This document shows positions 23,596 through 24,000 of a stretch of 24,000 nt of DNA, in pieces. The stretch comes from Thermoanaerobacteraceae bacterium (GTDB lineage Bacteria > Bacillota > JADQBR01). The DNA is taken from assembly GCA_017656305.1 (NCBI GenBank), contig JACDOG010000002.1, forward strand, positions 18,121 through 42,120, given 5' to 3'. The notes under the pieces were generated by a model. That model searched no databases. It had not been told where the DNA came from and worked only from the letters and a program-made list of their open reading frames with translations. The stretch's first letter is position 1. Every line of letters begins with the position of its first letter. The position numbers and the translations under genes were made by a program.

Positions 23596-24000
23596 CGGGT
23601 TTCTCCTCCAAATTTATAACCGACACCGTAAACGGTAAGGATGTAGGTGGGGTGTGCCGGGTCAGGCTCTATTTTTTTTCTGAGATTGCTCACATGAGTA
23701 TCCAAAGACCTTTCGTAGCCGTAATACGGTTCTCCCAAAATATCCAACAACTGCAGCCGGGTAAAAACTCGGCCGGGATTGCGGGCCAGGGTTTCCAGAA
23801 TCTTAAATTCTGTTGGCGTCAGCGACACCTGCTTGCCGCCCCGAAGAACTTCCCGACTGTCGCAGCGGATTTGCAAATCGCCGTGCTGGATATTCTGCGG
23901 CTGGTAGGTATTTCCCAAAACACGGCGCAGCACCACCTTGATGCGTGCTGCCAGCTCCCTCAGGCTAAACGGTTTGGTAATATAATCGTCAGCACCCAGC
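23592..24000 (-). CDS. OmpR-family response regulator, C-terminal part (5' end beyond the window)
   Basis: The frame is open to base 24000 (...GADDYITKPFSLRELAARIKVVLRR...). The winged-helix DNA-binding domain ends in LTPTEFKILETLARNPGRVFTR...YILTVYGVGYKF. Confidence 0.9.
   Translation of the reverse strand, partial: LGADDYITKPFSLRELAARIKVVLRRVLGNTYQPQNIQHGDLQIRCDSREVLRGGKQVSLTPTEFKILETLARNPGRVFTRLQLLDILGEPYYGYERSLDTHVSNLRKKIEPDPAHPTYILTVYGVGYKFGGETR

Noticed and set aside
22294-23619. Several plus-strand ORFs (22294-22605, 22793-23272, 23241-23459, 23347-23619) and the minus-strand out-of-frame ORF 23261-23626, all overlapping the histidine kinase gene.
   Set aside because: These are shadow frames of a well-supported kinase gene. 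Their composition is Arg/Pro/Ala-rich and they have no SD.

Overview
This looks like a chromosomal segment from an anaerobic, spore-forming Firmicute. That call is inference, based on strong GGAGG ribosome-binding sites, a Spo0E-family gene and a Bacillus-type sdhCAB operon. Bases 1-3916 hold the 3' part of sucD, then the sdhC-sdhA-sdhB operon and its terminator. Bases ~3920-9000 are visibly AT-rich with low coding density and read as a decayed integrated element. That stretch holds a truncated tyrosine-integrase fragment, a gene broken by a frameshift plus an in-frame stop, orphan small ORFs, a CGGC-domain protein, three tandem copies of a hairpin-forming ~55-nt repeat, and a possible transposase N-terminal remnant. 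From 9.0 kb on, the features are: a Spo0E-like gene with an SD-sequestering hairpin; a self-contained two-gene hgcA/hgcB-like operon whose cap helix reads NVWCSSGK instead of the canonical NVWCA(A/G)GK (the most interesting item); an unknown membrane-anchored protein; a small ferredoxin behind a consensus promoter plus a CsoR/RcnR-type C4-5/G4 operator; a multi-TM methyl-accepting chemotaxis protein divergent from an EAL-HDOD protein; a zinc-ribbon SAM methyltransferase; a large integral membrane protein; a 35-aa ORF behind a Fur-like 7-1-7 box; a ZIP (ZupT-like) transporter; a two-gene Tat-exported HybA-like Fe-S protein plus cytochrome b module with no catalytic partner in the operon; an ArsR (CVC) regulator; and a convergent OmpR-type two-component pair running off the right edge. 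No rRNA, tRNA or CRISPR array was seen. All homology statements come from motif recognition by eye. No database search was run.
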